Positions 9,897 through 23,200 of a DNA stretch of 64,000 nucleotides are shown here, in pieces. The stretch lies in contig CM102286.1 of NCBI GenBank assembly GCA_046563655.1, positions 7,254,001-7,318,000 of the forward strand, given 5' to 3'. The first letter of the stretch is position 1. Each line of letters starts with the position of its first letter. The notes below the pieces were generated by a model that searched no databases, was not told the DNA's origin, and saw only the letters and a list, made by a program, of their open reading frames with translations. The translations under genes were made by a program, and so were the position numbers. The DNA comes from Yuukianura sp. NJ FZ-2021 (taxonomy: Eukaryota).

Positions 9897-10268
9897 GGTT
9901 GGATACTAGCAAACGGGGCCCAGATGAAAAATTTTCTAAGTCCAGAAAATTTGACCTGGCGTCTCCTGACAACCTCAAAAATGACCCCTACAAAAGTTGT
10001 TGAGGTCAATGAGACGATCATTTTGACATATGACACACGACTGTGTGACCACTGGTTTGGACTATAGGTCAAAGGTTAGGTTTTTACAAAACCTAACCTT
10101 TGACCTCAACAGGTGCTCACACTGCCATAAGTCATATGTCAAAATGATCGTCTCATTGACCTCAACAACTTTTGTAGGGGTCATTTTTGAGGTTGTCAGG
10201 AGACGCCAGGTCAAATTTTCTGGACTTAGAAAATTTTTCATCTGGGCCCCGTTTGCTAGTATCCAACC
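9897..10268. mobile_element. Foldback MITE (non-autonomous DNA transposon), 372 bp, 138-bp perfect TIRs, 8-bp TSD AAATTTAG
   Basis: 9897-10034 is the reverse complement of 10131-10268. AAATTTAG flanks both sides (9889-9896 and 10269-10276). GG termini, long TIRs and an 8-bp TSD are compatible with the Merlin superfamily (inference). Confidence 0.92.
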
Positions 10269-10919
10269 AAATTTAGTGACATATGCTTACGGAGGACTGT
10301 AACTAATATGACCACGATTTCCTAACAAACGGAACAAAAATACTTACGAACTTCAATGTAATTCCGCATTCAAAGTTCCAGTGTCCAGGTGCCGTGTCGG
10401 TGCCAGTTCGGGCAGTTCAGTTCCAGTTCCAGTCGATCTTCTTGTTCTTATTAATCCTTTCCCGCCGCTGCATTTTAATTTCATATGAACGTACACTATG
10501 AATATGTTCTTTCCTTCTTTCTTTTTCTGCTAACATTATAACGAATAGGACGAATGATAATGAATAGCCGAACATACTGCGACTGCAAATCGTCAACTAA
10601 ACAAGAACATGTCTTTAATATCAATTTATAAACTCTGATTATAGTACTAGGTTGTTGAACAAAATAAATGACGATTATAATTGCTAACTGGAAATGAAAA
10701 TCTTAAGCTCCTTTGTATTAAACGTCATCATGTCAATATAGTAAATAGCAACCAGTCAAGAATTACGCCAGAAAATACTTCATTAAATTAAATTATAGAA
10801 AAATTATCTCAAAGAAAAACTAGGTAGAGCTTAAAAAAGAATGTCCACTTAAACGCATCTTACAATACATCCATGCGTCAACAAGAAACAAGTTCGGAGT
10901 CAGCTCTTGAGTGAATCCA

Positions 10920-13608
10920 TTATTGCTGCGAGTTTGAGTAACGTGGACGCTTCCATGGCGATTCTTGTGACGACTCTGGTGAGGATGGCTCAAACTGATT
11001 CTCCAAAATATATTCTTGATTTTCGAGATGAAGAAAACGACCTCAAAAAAGAAACAAGAAGATAAAGTGAAAACCGAAAATGACAAAAAGTTCAATTCGT
11101 AATCGATGAATCTTATATATAAAACTTACGTATCTCCGAGTTCGCCGAAGATTGTGAACTGGGTAAACCCGGAAGACTGCTACCTTGTGACCAACTATTT
11201 TGGGAGCTTGCATATCCCTTAATTTCAAAAGTTATTGGTTAAAATCCGAGATGCAAGGATCTTCGACTTTTTGTAACTCATCAGTTGATCCCAAGTATTG
11301 GAATAATTTACTTACCTGATTCATACGGCTCTCGAGTGAAGATTGGCTCATTCGTCCCCACTGACCATCGTCAAGACTCACAGCATCCTCGCGTAAACTG
11401 GCTACACTTCCTTGGCTGCTAGGCTGTTGTCGTGGCGAACCTACCTCGCGAACCATGTTTCGGTCCTCATTGTCCCTGGGAAAGAACGCTTCGATAACTT
11501 CGTTTCTCGTATAAGGATCATTTAAGTGACGTGGATCTCGAGTGGGTATTTGAGCATTAGGGACGATACGATCCTGCAAAAATGAAATCAGCGTCAATTT
11601 CCATTAAACCTTAACTTGTGCTTCATATATAAATCACTATTAAATAATTTACTAAACTTACGCCATCATTTCGAGGAAGGTAAGACATGTCGTGAGTCGG
11701 ATGCTGTAGCAACAAAACTTCAAAACAGAATCCTTGAGATCTTAAGAACGTGTGACATCGATTGAAGAACGTTTCTCTCACAACACGCTGAGCTTTTGCA
11801 GCTGAAAACAGTAGAGACAATAGTCAATTTACAAGAAAAACGAAGTCTGGTCAACTGTCGTTCGAACGAATCGATCAAATGGACTGAGACGATGGAGAGG
11901 AACCCTTACCGTATTTGCTTTCCTCGTCGGGAGAGAGGTAGAGATTTCTTTCTTGGTTAACTTCTTGAACCACTTCAAGGATAATGCGAATGTCCAAGTC
12001 AATTATGGCTGTCCTACATTGGAGAGACAAATCAAGAGCCCTGTTGATCCAAACTTCGACGCTTTGGAAGATTACAAACTCCTTAGAGGGAGTTTCTAAA
12101 AAAAAAAGAATGTATTAAATTCGATTATAAAACTAGTTGATTCACTTATCAAACGAGAAAAGCTTACTGATATTTGTGCAGAGAGAAACGTTTTGAAAGT
12201 AATCACTGTCATTGAAAATATCATGACTAAGTATCTTTTCCATTTTGTCTGGGTATAGCCTGCGAATGAATCATGGGAAATTGATGAATTAACAAAAATC
12301 GTCGAATTCACAAATCAGATGAATTAAAGTAGACTCATGAAAACAGATTGGAAACCAAACCTGGTAGAGACTGGAGAAGCACAATTTAATATCATGAGCA
12401 TCAATTCTCGAGATTTGGAATTCTAGAGATGAGAAACAAGCAATTTTAAAGCAAACCCAAGCAGTTTTTTGTGTTTTTTCTTTTTAAATTTATTGCTGAC
12501 GCTACATTCACACAGAATAAGGAATTACCTTGTTATTGTTGTCGTCGCCATTAATTGCTGTTCCATCCATGTTTCTACTGGTGCCCCAAATTAAATTTAT
12601 AATTTGCATAAGACCTTCGGTGACGTGATTCGTTTGGAGAAGTGTAACAATCTGTTGAAAAACTGTTTCTACTTCCTCCTCAATCGTAGAAACGGATCCA
12701 ACCGTCGTTAAGAACAAAGGGCACTTGTCTAGTTTGTCGGCGCATAGTTTAATCAACTAAAAACGGAACATCAAAAACATCAGTTTGTTAACTTCGGATT
12801 GTTAACCTAACCTTAATTGACAAACAATCCATAAGTGAGAAGTGAGTGATTCCGCTTACGTTTTCAATGTAGTCTATTGCGGTAGTCCGGCGATAACTTT
12901 CATCCTCTTCCACATGCGCAGTTGGAACAGAAACAACGACCCACTCAGAAGTACGAGCAATGCGTTCCATATCCGTCGGAGGGAGAGGTAACAAACAGTC
13001 GGCCGAGTTCACGGATGTCGCTAAGGAATTTGTGCTGGCACTTTCCAATATTACAGTTCGACCGTCCTGATTAGAAGTTTCGGGCGAATCAGGGCCGTCA
13101 ATAACGTCAATGCCTTGGTCATGATAGTCTACTAAATCAGTGACATCGATACACTAGGAAACAAGAATAAGTTAGTGGCCTGACCTGATGATTAAATAAT
13201 GCTCAAGGTACACAATGTATTACAGAATAATCCGTTGAACTGGCAATACTACTACAAACAGAGACGGTCATCAGCTCCTCTGTCGGGTTACTGGATTCCC
13301 CACCGTCGTTGACGACCGTTTTGTCATCATTTGAGATTGTATCAGATTCCTAGTAAACATGAAATTCATCTGCTGTACTCACCAATTTCTTAAATGTACT
13401 TAAACGTTCTTACAATATAATTAGTAGTGGAACTACTGCTACTGCCACAAAATGGCGAAGTCTCCATGATTTCGCTGGTTGCATCATCTTCGCCGTTTTC
13501 ATAATCCGTAATCGTTCGGTAAATCTGAAAGCTAAGCGGAGTTGTGGGCGAAGTATCAAATAAGGTGCCGCCACTATCTCCAGATGACGAGACATTGTCT
13601 TCATCCAT
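10920..13608 (-). CDS. Uncharacterised multi-exon protein: acidic Ser/Thr-rich N-terminus, helical-looking middle, SQ-rich C-terminus
   Basis: About 11 exons join in frame through GT-AG introns: MDEDNVSS..TNYI|ESDTISND..TDYS|CIDVTDL..YIEN|LIKLCADK..NNNK|NSKSRELML..|LYPDKMEK..|TPSKEFVIFQSVEVWINRAL..|AKAQRVVRETFF..|DRIVPNAQ..RMNQ|GYASSQN..|RFLHLENQ..WKRPRYSNSQQ* (TAA at 10922-10920). No family recognised. Confidence 0.8.
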
Positions 13609-16600
13609 TTCCTAAAAACAAAATTTGTAACTCATCATCAAACAATACACTGTTTTAAATTCCTTATTGGTTTGTCAAGATAACATTCCCCGTAGGATCT
13701 CCATTACCTGTTATGTTATTCGTCTCGTGTCTCGTCACTGATGATTAACAACATGCAATAACAATAACAAATTAAAATTACCGTTTCGGCGTTGTTTCTG
13801 GTTCAAATTGGTCTTATCAATCTATCAATGCAACTGTCAATTAAGTTAACTTTAAACTATCAATCGTTAAAAACCTAGACCTTTTAAAATCGGGATCAAG
13901 ACGTTTTTCAAATCTTACCTATAAAAAAAAACTTCCTTTGTTTGTTTTCTATTCTTTTCTTTTTATTTTCTTTTTCAAATTCTTGAGGGCTAGAAGAACC
14001 TGGTACCCAACTTAAGGACGAGAGGGTGCTAAACGTTGCTAAAAATTTAATAAAGTAGGTGAAAGCAAATAGCGTCGGTGAAAGTCACACTTTAATGTGC
14101 AAAAAAAGAATAAACAGATCATTACAACCGAAAAGCACTAACCACCATTACTCACACGATTAGGTAAGTAAATTTAGCTTCAAAAATCTTTCAGTTATTG
14201 TGAATTTACTCAAGCTTTACTTAAACTTAAACTATTTACACTACTTCGGCAGTTCTTACTAATGTTTAAAGTGAAGTTAATTGAGTGTGAGTCTCAGTAA
14301 TCTCAGTAATCATAATTGTATTTTTATATGTATGAACTAGCTACTACGTAACCCTTCAATAAAGCTGAATCTTCTAGGTGACACAGTAGGAAGGGCATTG
14401 GTTTGAAAATTACGATAAAAATTTAGAGTCGTGACAATTAAGGTTATACGCTTACAACCACTCAAGAATATTAGTTTCAAGTACCGTTTGTCGCCGTACT
14501 TATCAATCAAATGGGCAGGCATTGATGCTTGCAAGAACCAGCATTAGTGACGCCACAATGAGGCCAATAATTTGTTAAAATCCAGTCATTCCAGATTCTA
14601 GCGGTTAAAACCTAGCAGACTGTAACAAGTATGACATGAAGAAATGTGTCACAAAAATGTTTTTAAAAAAACTCAGAGTAAACGGCGTGATGCAGTTCAG
14701 AATGACCAGGTCTCGGCATTCCTTTGCTTTATTTTGTTTTTAGACACCATAATCTGTACTAGGACCACTGCGTAAACTAATTGAAAGTGACACACCTTGT
14801 CATGGAATAATTGATTAATTCCCGTACTACGATTATATTCGAATGAATACCAAAGTTAATACGTAAATACGTGTCTCACTCCGCAACGATACCGTTCTCG
14901 GTGTGGCTTAGCATCTTTAAGTAACCTAACGTGTTTTGCCGTCGTATTCTCTACATCAGAAGTCTCATTTCGTTTAGGAATGACACGGTTAAGCACTAAA
15001 GAGCGACAGGGAATCAGACTTTCCCTTTTGTTTTTGTCTCCCAAGAACACCAAAATGATTTCACTTGATTAATCCAACTTAGGATATAAGGCTCCATTAT
15101 ACAATTCATTCCAGTTACACCAAATTTGGTCCAGCCTTAAGTCTAGTTACGATACAACGCACAGTGACGGTAGTAGCGTATAGTGTTCGTTGATCGTGGA
15201 AGTGACATAGTGTCAGGAGGAAAAGTGGTTTCCAGAACGTGACTGCTGTGGTGGGCGGATATGCTTCAGTTTTTGAAGTTTTCGGCATTTCCTGGGAACA
15301 GTTGGACTCTGAAGTGTACTTCTCGCTTTTGATGACTTCAGAAGAAAGCTTATGTACTTTGGCAGCCATTTTAACTTAAGACTTGGACGAATCGATTTGA
15401 ACAAGGTTCAGGTTTTTGTTAATGATTGAATTCTGGAAAAGTAGGGCCAAGATTCGAACAATTTTGGAGTACTGGCGAAGCCTGTGGTTTGCGCTCTAAC
15501 CTAAAACTCAAAAGCTATTCCTGTCATACCCATTCACGATGTAGCAAAATAATTAGGTTCATGATGAGCTTCTCGAGGAAGAAATCCAAGGACTTGGAAG
15601 TAGTTCAAGTACTTCCAGGTCCTTTCTGCCAGTAGAGGTAGCGAAGCGTGTTGAAGCTTCTAAAGCCTCATTCAATAAATTAAAATTAGAGGGCAACGTT
15701 ATAGCGCTGGAGAAGCTGGAGCTGGAAAGCTTCTCTGCGGTTAAGCCACCTTCTTCAAAGTTGCCGCCATATCGTCACTGGAACCAAAAAGTTCAGAGAT
15801 TGGGTTCATGACTTTCGTCGGAACCAAAGTGTGCTTAAACCACCGTGACTGTCATCCCGGGAATTTTTGGCAGGTTGCGAACTTTCTCTTTTCCTTTACC
15901 GGATTTGATTTTTTTCTGGAAGAAGGCAAAGACCGTTTCAGATAAATTAAGATGAAGGAGATTTTCCTATTACCCGCCTCCTTTCTAACACAGTATTAAG
16001 CTTTAACGTAGGTGGTGCGTTTATAGGTTAGGTTTTTCTACTAAAAGTATAACTAGATAGACGTTTTATTAGAGTTAAGACCACATATGATTTCCGACCG
16101 CCAAAATAAACGCTTTTAGTCTTCTGCTGCAGAAGTTAACTTTCCTTTGGTCTTACGCCTCCTACATGTCACCAACAGGAAATTATTAGGAACCAAAACT
16201 TTTACGACTTCATCGACTTGAAGAGCTCCACTGGTCTCAAGCACACACTTTTGATGGGGGAAGCTGTTAGACCGCAGTTTTTGCGGGAACCTTGTTAGTG
16301 TTAGGAACAACTTTCGGATTTTCTGAACGAATTACGCACCAAGAGGCTCCTTGGTGTGAAGTCAATTACTTTCTCTAACGAACAACTAATTCATAACATT
16401 TCAACAACTTAGGGATCCTTTTAGCAGGAGTCCTTAGACTGCTACAGTTTTCCTAGGAGGGGGTTGGCTTGTTAGCAACTTGAGTTAGGTTAACCTAACT
16501 TTAAGTTTCGATTTGCTAACAGGTTAACTGAGCCTAACATAATCTCTACGTATTTAGTTTTGGAAACACAAACCGAGCATTAGCAAGAACAGAAGTCTCA

Positions 16601-16668
16601 AGGTGAATTCTATTTAAGGAGAGACAGGAGGTCAATAAAAACAACGCCAAAGAACGTTTTGTAGACAT

Positions 16669-16875
16669 GGCAACGACTGAGAATTGAGAAATCCCACATT
16701 ACGTAATCACGCAAAACCCGGAGGGGTGGATTCTTAACGATTGAAATTTTGCACAACTCATACTAGCTCGCGAATCACTGCGTTGGATTTCAAATTTGAG
16801 GCTCCTTCGCGGGTTTTTCTAAATGGGTATGGCGAAGTGGATAAGCCACTTCTGAGACTCAATTCTCAAGTCGCC
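16669..16875. repeat. Degenerate inverted-repeat element (old MITE-like)
   Basis: CGACTGAGAATTGAG (16674-16688) pairs with CTCAATTCTCA(A)GTCG (16858-16873). Inner arms AAAACCCG..GGGG/CTCC..CGGGTTTT and TTGAAAT/ATTTCAA. No TSD identified. Confidence 0.5.
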
Positions 16876-16942
16876 CCAACTCTTAGTGACGTAATGCGAA
16901 ATAATAAATTGTAAACAAGAAATTCGTGAACTCTGACCCAAT

Positions 16943-17259
16943 CTTCTGGTGCAATTCCTGACTGATTGGTAAGACCCTCAGAAAACTACGACCACACTTT
17001 TCGCATTAGCACACGCTAATAAACAGCACACCTGACGATTATTTGACGAAAACAGGACCCTTCACCCAGAAAACTTAGGTTTTCTGGGTTTTCCCAGGAT
17101 TTCAGAAACATCTTCCAGAAAACCTAAGTTTTCTGGGCGAAGGGTCCTGTTTTCGTCAAATAATCGTCAGGTGCGCTGTTTATTAGCGTGTGCTAATGCG
17201 AAAAGTGTGGTCGTAGTTTTCTGAGGGTCTTACCAATCAGTCAGGAAGTGCACCAGAAG
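16943..17259. mobile_element. Foldback element: 145-bp inverted arms (3 mismatches) with a 27-bp spacer
   Basis: 16943-17087 is the reverse complement of 17115-17259 apart from three substitutions. Each arm also contains internal palindromes (ATTAGC-ACAC-GCTAAT and CCAGAAAAC-TTAG-GTTTTCTGG). No TSD found, so the superfamily is unassigned. Confidence 0.75.
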
Positions 17260-20200
17260 TCTAATGGGAAAATGGGTAATAAGCGAATCTGTCCATCGTA
17301 ATCTTAACAACATAAAATATGCCATTTGGTTAGTTTTATTGTTTATTAATAAATTTTGTTTATTGTTTACATTTTCAAATGTTGACGAAAAGCAGACGAC
17401 AGGTTGAGGTTCGTGCTGAAGTTAATAAAAACAGACAGAGATGGATTAGTTAAATCTAAATGTGAAGTTAGGATTTAAAAGCGAAAGTCAAGTTATCTAG
17501 ATAAAAGCTACGCAGTATTTTGTGGAAGTTCGCTCCAAATCTCCAAGTTGCATTTAGACGGAAGCAGTAAAGTTAGTTGTTGAAACTAAACTTCTTAATT
17601 TGAGTTTCCTTGGACTTTTGGGAAGAAGGGCGGAGTGTCTCATCAATATAATGAGTCCCTCAGGAATAATTTCTTCCTTCCGTCATTGTTACTACTGGTG
17701 GAGGAGGGAAGGGGGAAGAGAGCGGGAACTTTCAAAACAAAGCAAGAAGAAATGGATCCTTCATTTGTTTCAACACAGCAACTCGCCATTTATCAGGACG
17801 TGCTAAACCCCACCACTTTCCACCAACACACTTTCACCATCCTCACCCCACTCCAGGCTAGTTAATGAACTTTAGTCTTTAACTTTACCAAAAAATATTG
17901 AGCCCGTGTTTTCAAAAATTCGAGGATAAAATATTCTTCTGCTTCTACTTCCTCTTGTTTCCGTTTTGACTTTCAGTTGTGTCGAATTCCTGAAAGCTCA
18001 AAAAAGCACTCATAAGAAATTGTTAACCAAGTTTTAGTTGGTGAAAGTTTTTGCACTAACAAAATGTTACAAGGTGTGTGAAATTTTGTTACTAACTGTA
18101 AGATTTCTAAGAAAACGAGACAGGTTTCAGAGAGAGTGGGAAAGTTTGGAATGGACGTCGGGAGCATTCGGGGGTACCAAAGAAGCTTGTTTTTAGTGTG
18201 GCTGTGATTACTGTAAGGTTACGATGCTAGAGAATTATGACTCTCCGGTGAATTGAACAGGTAACGCTGAATTACCTGGAGAAATTAGGAAAAGGTAATT
18301 TTGGACCACAAATTGAGAAAGGCAACTTTCACTCTCTGACTTACACTTTCTTCCAGCCTAGTTATCTAGCCTAAACTTTCTTCCAGAAAGTCCAAGTCCG
18401 TCAAGAGCTTCCCATTTGGTTCATCCAGGATCAAAATTTTAACAAAAACAAGAAGCCATGCAGCAAGTCCCTGGAGCAGTAGGAACGGCGTGAAATTGTT
18501 CCAATTAAGTTGTAGAGGTTGAAGAAACTAATATGGTGTTACTCCACTCTACAAACTAGAAACTATAACCTTAACTTGTACGGACATGGGGGATGTGCGT
18601 AAGAAAGAAAGCAGAAAATTTTGGGAAGAAGAGAAAAGCAATTGCTCATTTTTTGTTTGAACAAGCGGTAGAGGGATGGGGTGAGCGTTTGGTACAAGTT
18701 CAAAGGTCGAGAAAATAGGAAGAAATTTATGAGGGTGAGATAAAGTCTTCAATAAATTCGGTTTTTTTCTGAAGTGAAAAGATGTAATCTCCCGTTGTTC
18801 CGGAGTTTAGGCTTAAACCAAAATACAGCGCATGACGCATCCACACTTGTCTCAAATTTGTTCAAATTTTGCCTTCGTTTCAGGAACGATGACAAATTTT
18901 TGTACCCGGAACTCCCAGAATTGATGTTGGGGGTTTATATTTACGCTTCATATCTAAATTAATAATTAGGTTAGATCTTCAAAATTTGACGATAGCCGAA
19001 TCAAGTTTGTCTGCAGTTTTATAATTTAAAATCCTCTCTTTATTTTTGAAATTTAGCAATTTAAGGTGAAATGAAGAGGGATTGATGATGATTGATTTGG
19101 AAAATGACATTTTACTTTCATTGACTTTTGAACTTAACTTGCGAGTGATCTCAAAAGTTTCTTCAGTTGACTCTCGGAGGACTTCATAGATTCGTTCCAG
19201 CTTCTAGTTCCAAGCTCTGAAGATAGTTTAGGTTAGGTTTTGCTTCTAAGGTTAGGCTAGATACGAAGAACATTGGACTCCTAGCAGCAGCAAAGCATCA
19301 GACGAAAAGTCATTGCTAGATTTCTCGATTTTGGTTCATCAGAAGACAGGCTGAAGGGGGAAGAGTGTCCCAAGAGAGTCCAAGTGGTTTTTGAAACTAG
19401 CGGGGAAAGTTGAACGATTTGAAAAAACGCGCTTATATTCCAATAAGACCTTCCCTCTCCATTATAAAATTCCTGGATGGAGTTTCTCAATTTCTAATGA
19501 CGGTGTCCCGCCTGCCGTTCCTTTCACCAGAAAAATGGTGAAAGTGCTTTTTAAAATTACCACGGAGGGGAAAACCGGGAGTCATTCAAATTGTACTTAA
19601 AAAATACGCCTCCTGCCATTTCCAGAGTCATTCAAAATTTTTACAAAACGCTTTCTCAGTGGTACTAAAAACATTAAAAAATATTCAAACTAATCCTAGG
19701 CTTTTCATTCCTACCCTCATTTTTTAACTATAAACTTCAACAAAAGAATAACCTTTGACCTCCAAACGCCCACACGTTTGACAATTATGTTATTTTTGAT
19801 CGGTCCGGTGGTTCGCTTCCCACGTTCCTTTTTTTAACTTTTTAGAGTGAATTTTTTTAAATTTTCCGCTTGACAGAAAAAGTTTACACTGTTGAACAGA
19901 TGGTTTGAAGTCTTCAGAGGTCATGAGCATAACTTAAAAGCTCTGTGCAGAACATCTCTTAAAGTTTTTTTTTTTATAAAACAGAAGTGAAAGTGTACCC
20001 TTTCTATATGCTTGAACTTTTTTGAAATTTTATGTTTACAGAAAAGTTTACAGTTGTTCTTTAAGCTGCCAAAACTCGCACAATTTTTCATCTTTTAGCC
20101 TCAAGTACTTTTTCCTGTTCTACAAAACAATGGTACATCCTTTCAGTAAATTCTAAAAAGAAGTTCAGTTAGTGTGAGTTTTTGGGCTCCCACGCCCATT

Positions 20201-23200
20201 TTAGTTTCAAGTGTTGAACTGCCCGGGAAAAGTCGTTTACGCTCCTTTGGATTCATAAAGTGAAAGTGGTGGACAGAAAAAATATGAAGGGGAAATATGG
20301 GAGCAGGAAATGGAGGACTCTACTAGTTTCTGGCGAAAAGTAGACTAACCGATGGTAGACGTTTTCTGTAGACTTCTAGCCTCTAGTCTGACTGTTCCTA
20401 GTGATTTTTAGTCTTAGACCATAGGTTATGTTAGGCTATGTTTTTGCCTAGGCAGAGTCTACTACTACGAAGGAAGGAAGACTGTGAGAAATGGAAATGG
20501 AGAAAGTTGACTAAATCCAGGAGCAACATGTGATCTCACGTTTTGGGCATTCGTCCAACGAAAGCTTCTTATGGAGTCCTCTAATACTTTTGAAGTTTCT
20601 CTAATACTTCAGCGCTTCTGCTAGCGCTTCGAGTTGATCGAGCACTGCAGGGCTGATCTAGCGCTGCTAGAGTAATATTTTGGAGAGCGTAAAGTCTGCG
20701 TTAGGTACTTTTAGTTTTCGTTTGCTTCCCCTTCCAAGCTTCCCGAATTTGACATGACAAGATGTATGAGGTTGAGGGGAGAACAGTGAAAGTCCGAGTG
20801 ATGAAATGAAACATGCATGACAATCCATGTTTCCCGTTTTCTCCATTGTTTTTTACGCGGGAGTTTCAAGGGTTCGGGTGTGAGCATAATTGAATTACCG
20901 ACGCCAAACACGTAGGAGGAGAAACAAAAACCGATTTCGGTGTAAAACACAGAGGGGCACGAAAACTTTAAAGTTTGAAACCTAATCGATGGCAGTTTTG
21001 AAATTCAAAAATTGTTTTAAAAGTTAGACGATACCTTAGAATGTCAATAAATAATGCCAATGCCAATTTATTTGATTTTTAACTTCCTCGGGAATTCACT
21101 TAAATTTTTTTTCAAAACATAATCGGTTAACTATAGGCTTAAATATAATTTTTGGCGCCAAAAGTGACAAAGGAGTAAGCAAACGCGACAGAGACGCATA
21201 AATTTAAATTCTAAGGTTAAGAAAATTTTATTGGGATAAGCGATAAGACGAACTACTCTGTGCACCGTTCAGAGTGCCCTGGAATATGTGAAAGCTATCG
21301 AAGGTTTTCTCTTTCTAAAACTTTCTTATCGTTTGTGATTTCAGGAGAAGATTTTCAAAACAAAAGTTCGTTTTCTTTAGCTTCCTTCTTGTCTCTTTAT
21401 TGTAGTTTTGGTTTCAGGTTTAACGTTAGGTTAGGTTTAAGTTTAGGTTCACATTAGGCTAGGTTAGATTGTTTCCCTCTTAGGCTCTCGCGTCCTCTTC
21501 TTTCGTCTAATCCTCCATTTCAAAACGGAGAACCGTGGAGAGGCAATAAAGCCTCCTTTCTCAGATAAATAAGTTTTTCTGCACGAACTGGCAGGAAAAG
21601 CAGCAGCTTCACGCGGGAACTTACGAAGGAGAGAAAGTGGGGGTGACAGTAGAAAGCGCCTCGACTACTATCTCGGTGGCAGTGGCACAGTCGCTGGTTC
21701 GAGTCTCGCGCGGTGCAGTAGGGGAAGAAAAGAAATGAATAAATTGAGGCGTGAAAACGCCGCGGCGTCCCTTTCCGTTGGTGTCATCTGCTCCTTCCCT
21801 TTGTTATCCTCCAATAATTCCAAGAAGAAGTTAGGGTAGTAGGCAGCAGGAACTTCCTGGAAGGCTCAACTGAACTGTTAGTGGGCGCACGGTGCTTCGA
21901 CGGCGACGTGCTGCCAAGCCCAAACGAGAACAATGACACCTAAGCAGATTAGATAGGACACGGACGAGAGAGAGACAGAGGCTGGGCTGATCTGGATGAA
22001 ACCATCCGTCGACACTATACCAAATTCAAAATGAAGGCGCGGGAGATCTTAATCTTTGGCGGGAAAGTGGAACACAATTTACGGAAATGAATTAAGCTTT
22101 TATCCCCTCGTCGTCCACTTCCAGGAACTTTGGCACCCGTCACCAAGTGAAAGTCAGCATCAGTATGATAAAAGGCTTTTTTCTTCATAGTAGGAAGCAG
22201 TGGAGTGAATACACAACAAAGGGGAAAAATTTCATTAAGTTTTTTGAAAAAATGGGTTCGCAGTTGGATTTAAATTGACCCTATAAAGGTTTTTATGCCA
22301 TAGGTTCGGAATTTTGTTCTCAATTGAATGAGTAATTGGAAAGTTAATTTAAAAAACATGAGGATAAGGGATTCTTGAGAGGTTGCTGTCAGTGTCGTCT
22401 TGGGGATCCAGAGGTCATTGACCTCTAATCCGCTCTAAAAGCCTTCTGCTCCATGCCATTGGGAGTCTTCCTTCGTTCTGGAACTACTGGAATGATGAAT
22501 GATTGAATTCCAACGGGCCTTTTAGCTCTCTCTAGCTTGTGTCTCGAGCTTTGCTAGCGGCAAAGGCGACTAACGGTTGGGCAGAGAAACGGAGATGATC
22601 AGAAGAAGTTTTTGAAAAGGGGATTAGGAGCTATGGACTGTGAGAAATTAGGAAGACGCGGTGGGAGGTTTTGAATTTGCAGAAAGTAGTGCGAGGAGTG
22701 CTCAAAGGCTTTGAGCGGTGGCGCGGGCGGTGCGGTGGCTCTGTTCGTAGGGAATAAATTAACCACTTACTTTGCATCTTGGAACCTCCAGATCCAGCCC
22801 CATTTCCCGCGTGTCTCCTCTGTCTTTGGGAATGTGTAATGAAGTGAGTAGGAGAAAGTACTTCCATCACCTGTCTCTTCCCTCCAGCCAAAGAGAGGGA
22901 ACAAGGTTAAGGTTTTACTCAGTCTTTGATTTTAATCACTTTATTTTAATCGATTTTAGCAAACAGTTATTTCCCAAATTTTTTCTCTTCCAAAAATATA
23001 ACTGAGTACATTGCATCGGTGAATATTTCTTTGTTTCCTAAAACCTGTATATGCTTTTACTCAAAAGGTTTTTCCTTACAATGAAAGAAAAGGTCTTCAA
23101 GATATTAATTGCGTTGAAAACATCCCATGCTAAACAAACACCAGAAACAAGAATTGTAAGATAAAATTTTAGAAACAATAAGAAAGTTCCATTTTAAAAA

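Noticed and set aside
14337..16310. Several 60-85 aa ORFs upstream of the orphan gene
   Set aside because: No consistent splice-linked reading frame or domain. One ORF contains CGVRHVF, similar to CPPED1, but this appears coincidental.
21674..21717. B-box-like GGTTCGAGTCTC
   Set aside because: No cloverleaf or acceptor stem can be built. At most a degenerate tRNA/SINE fragment.
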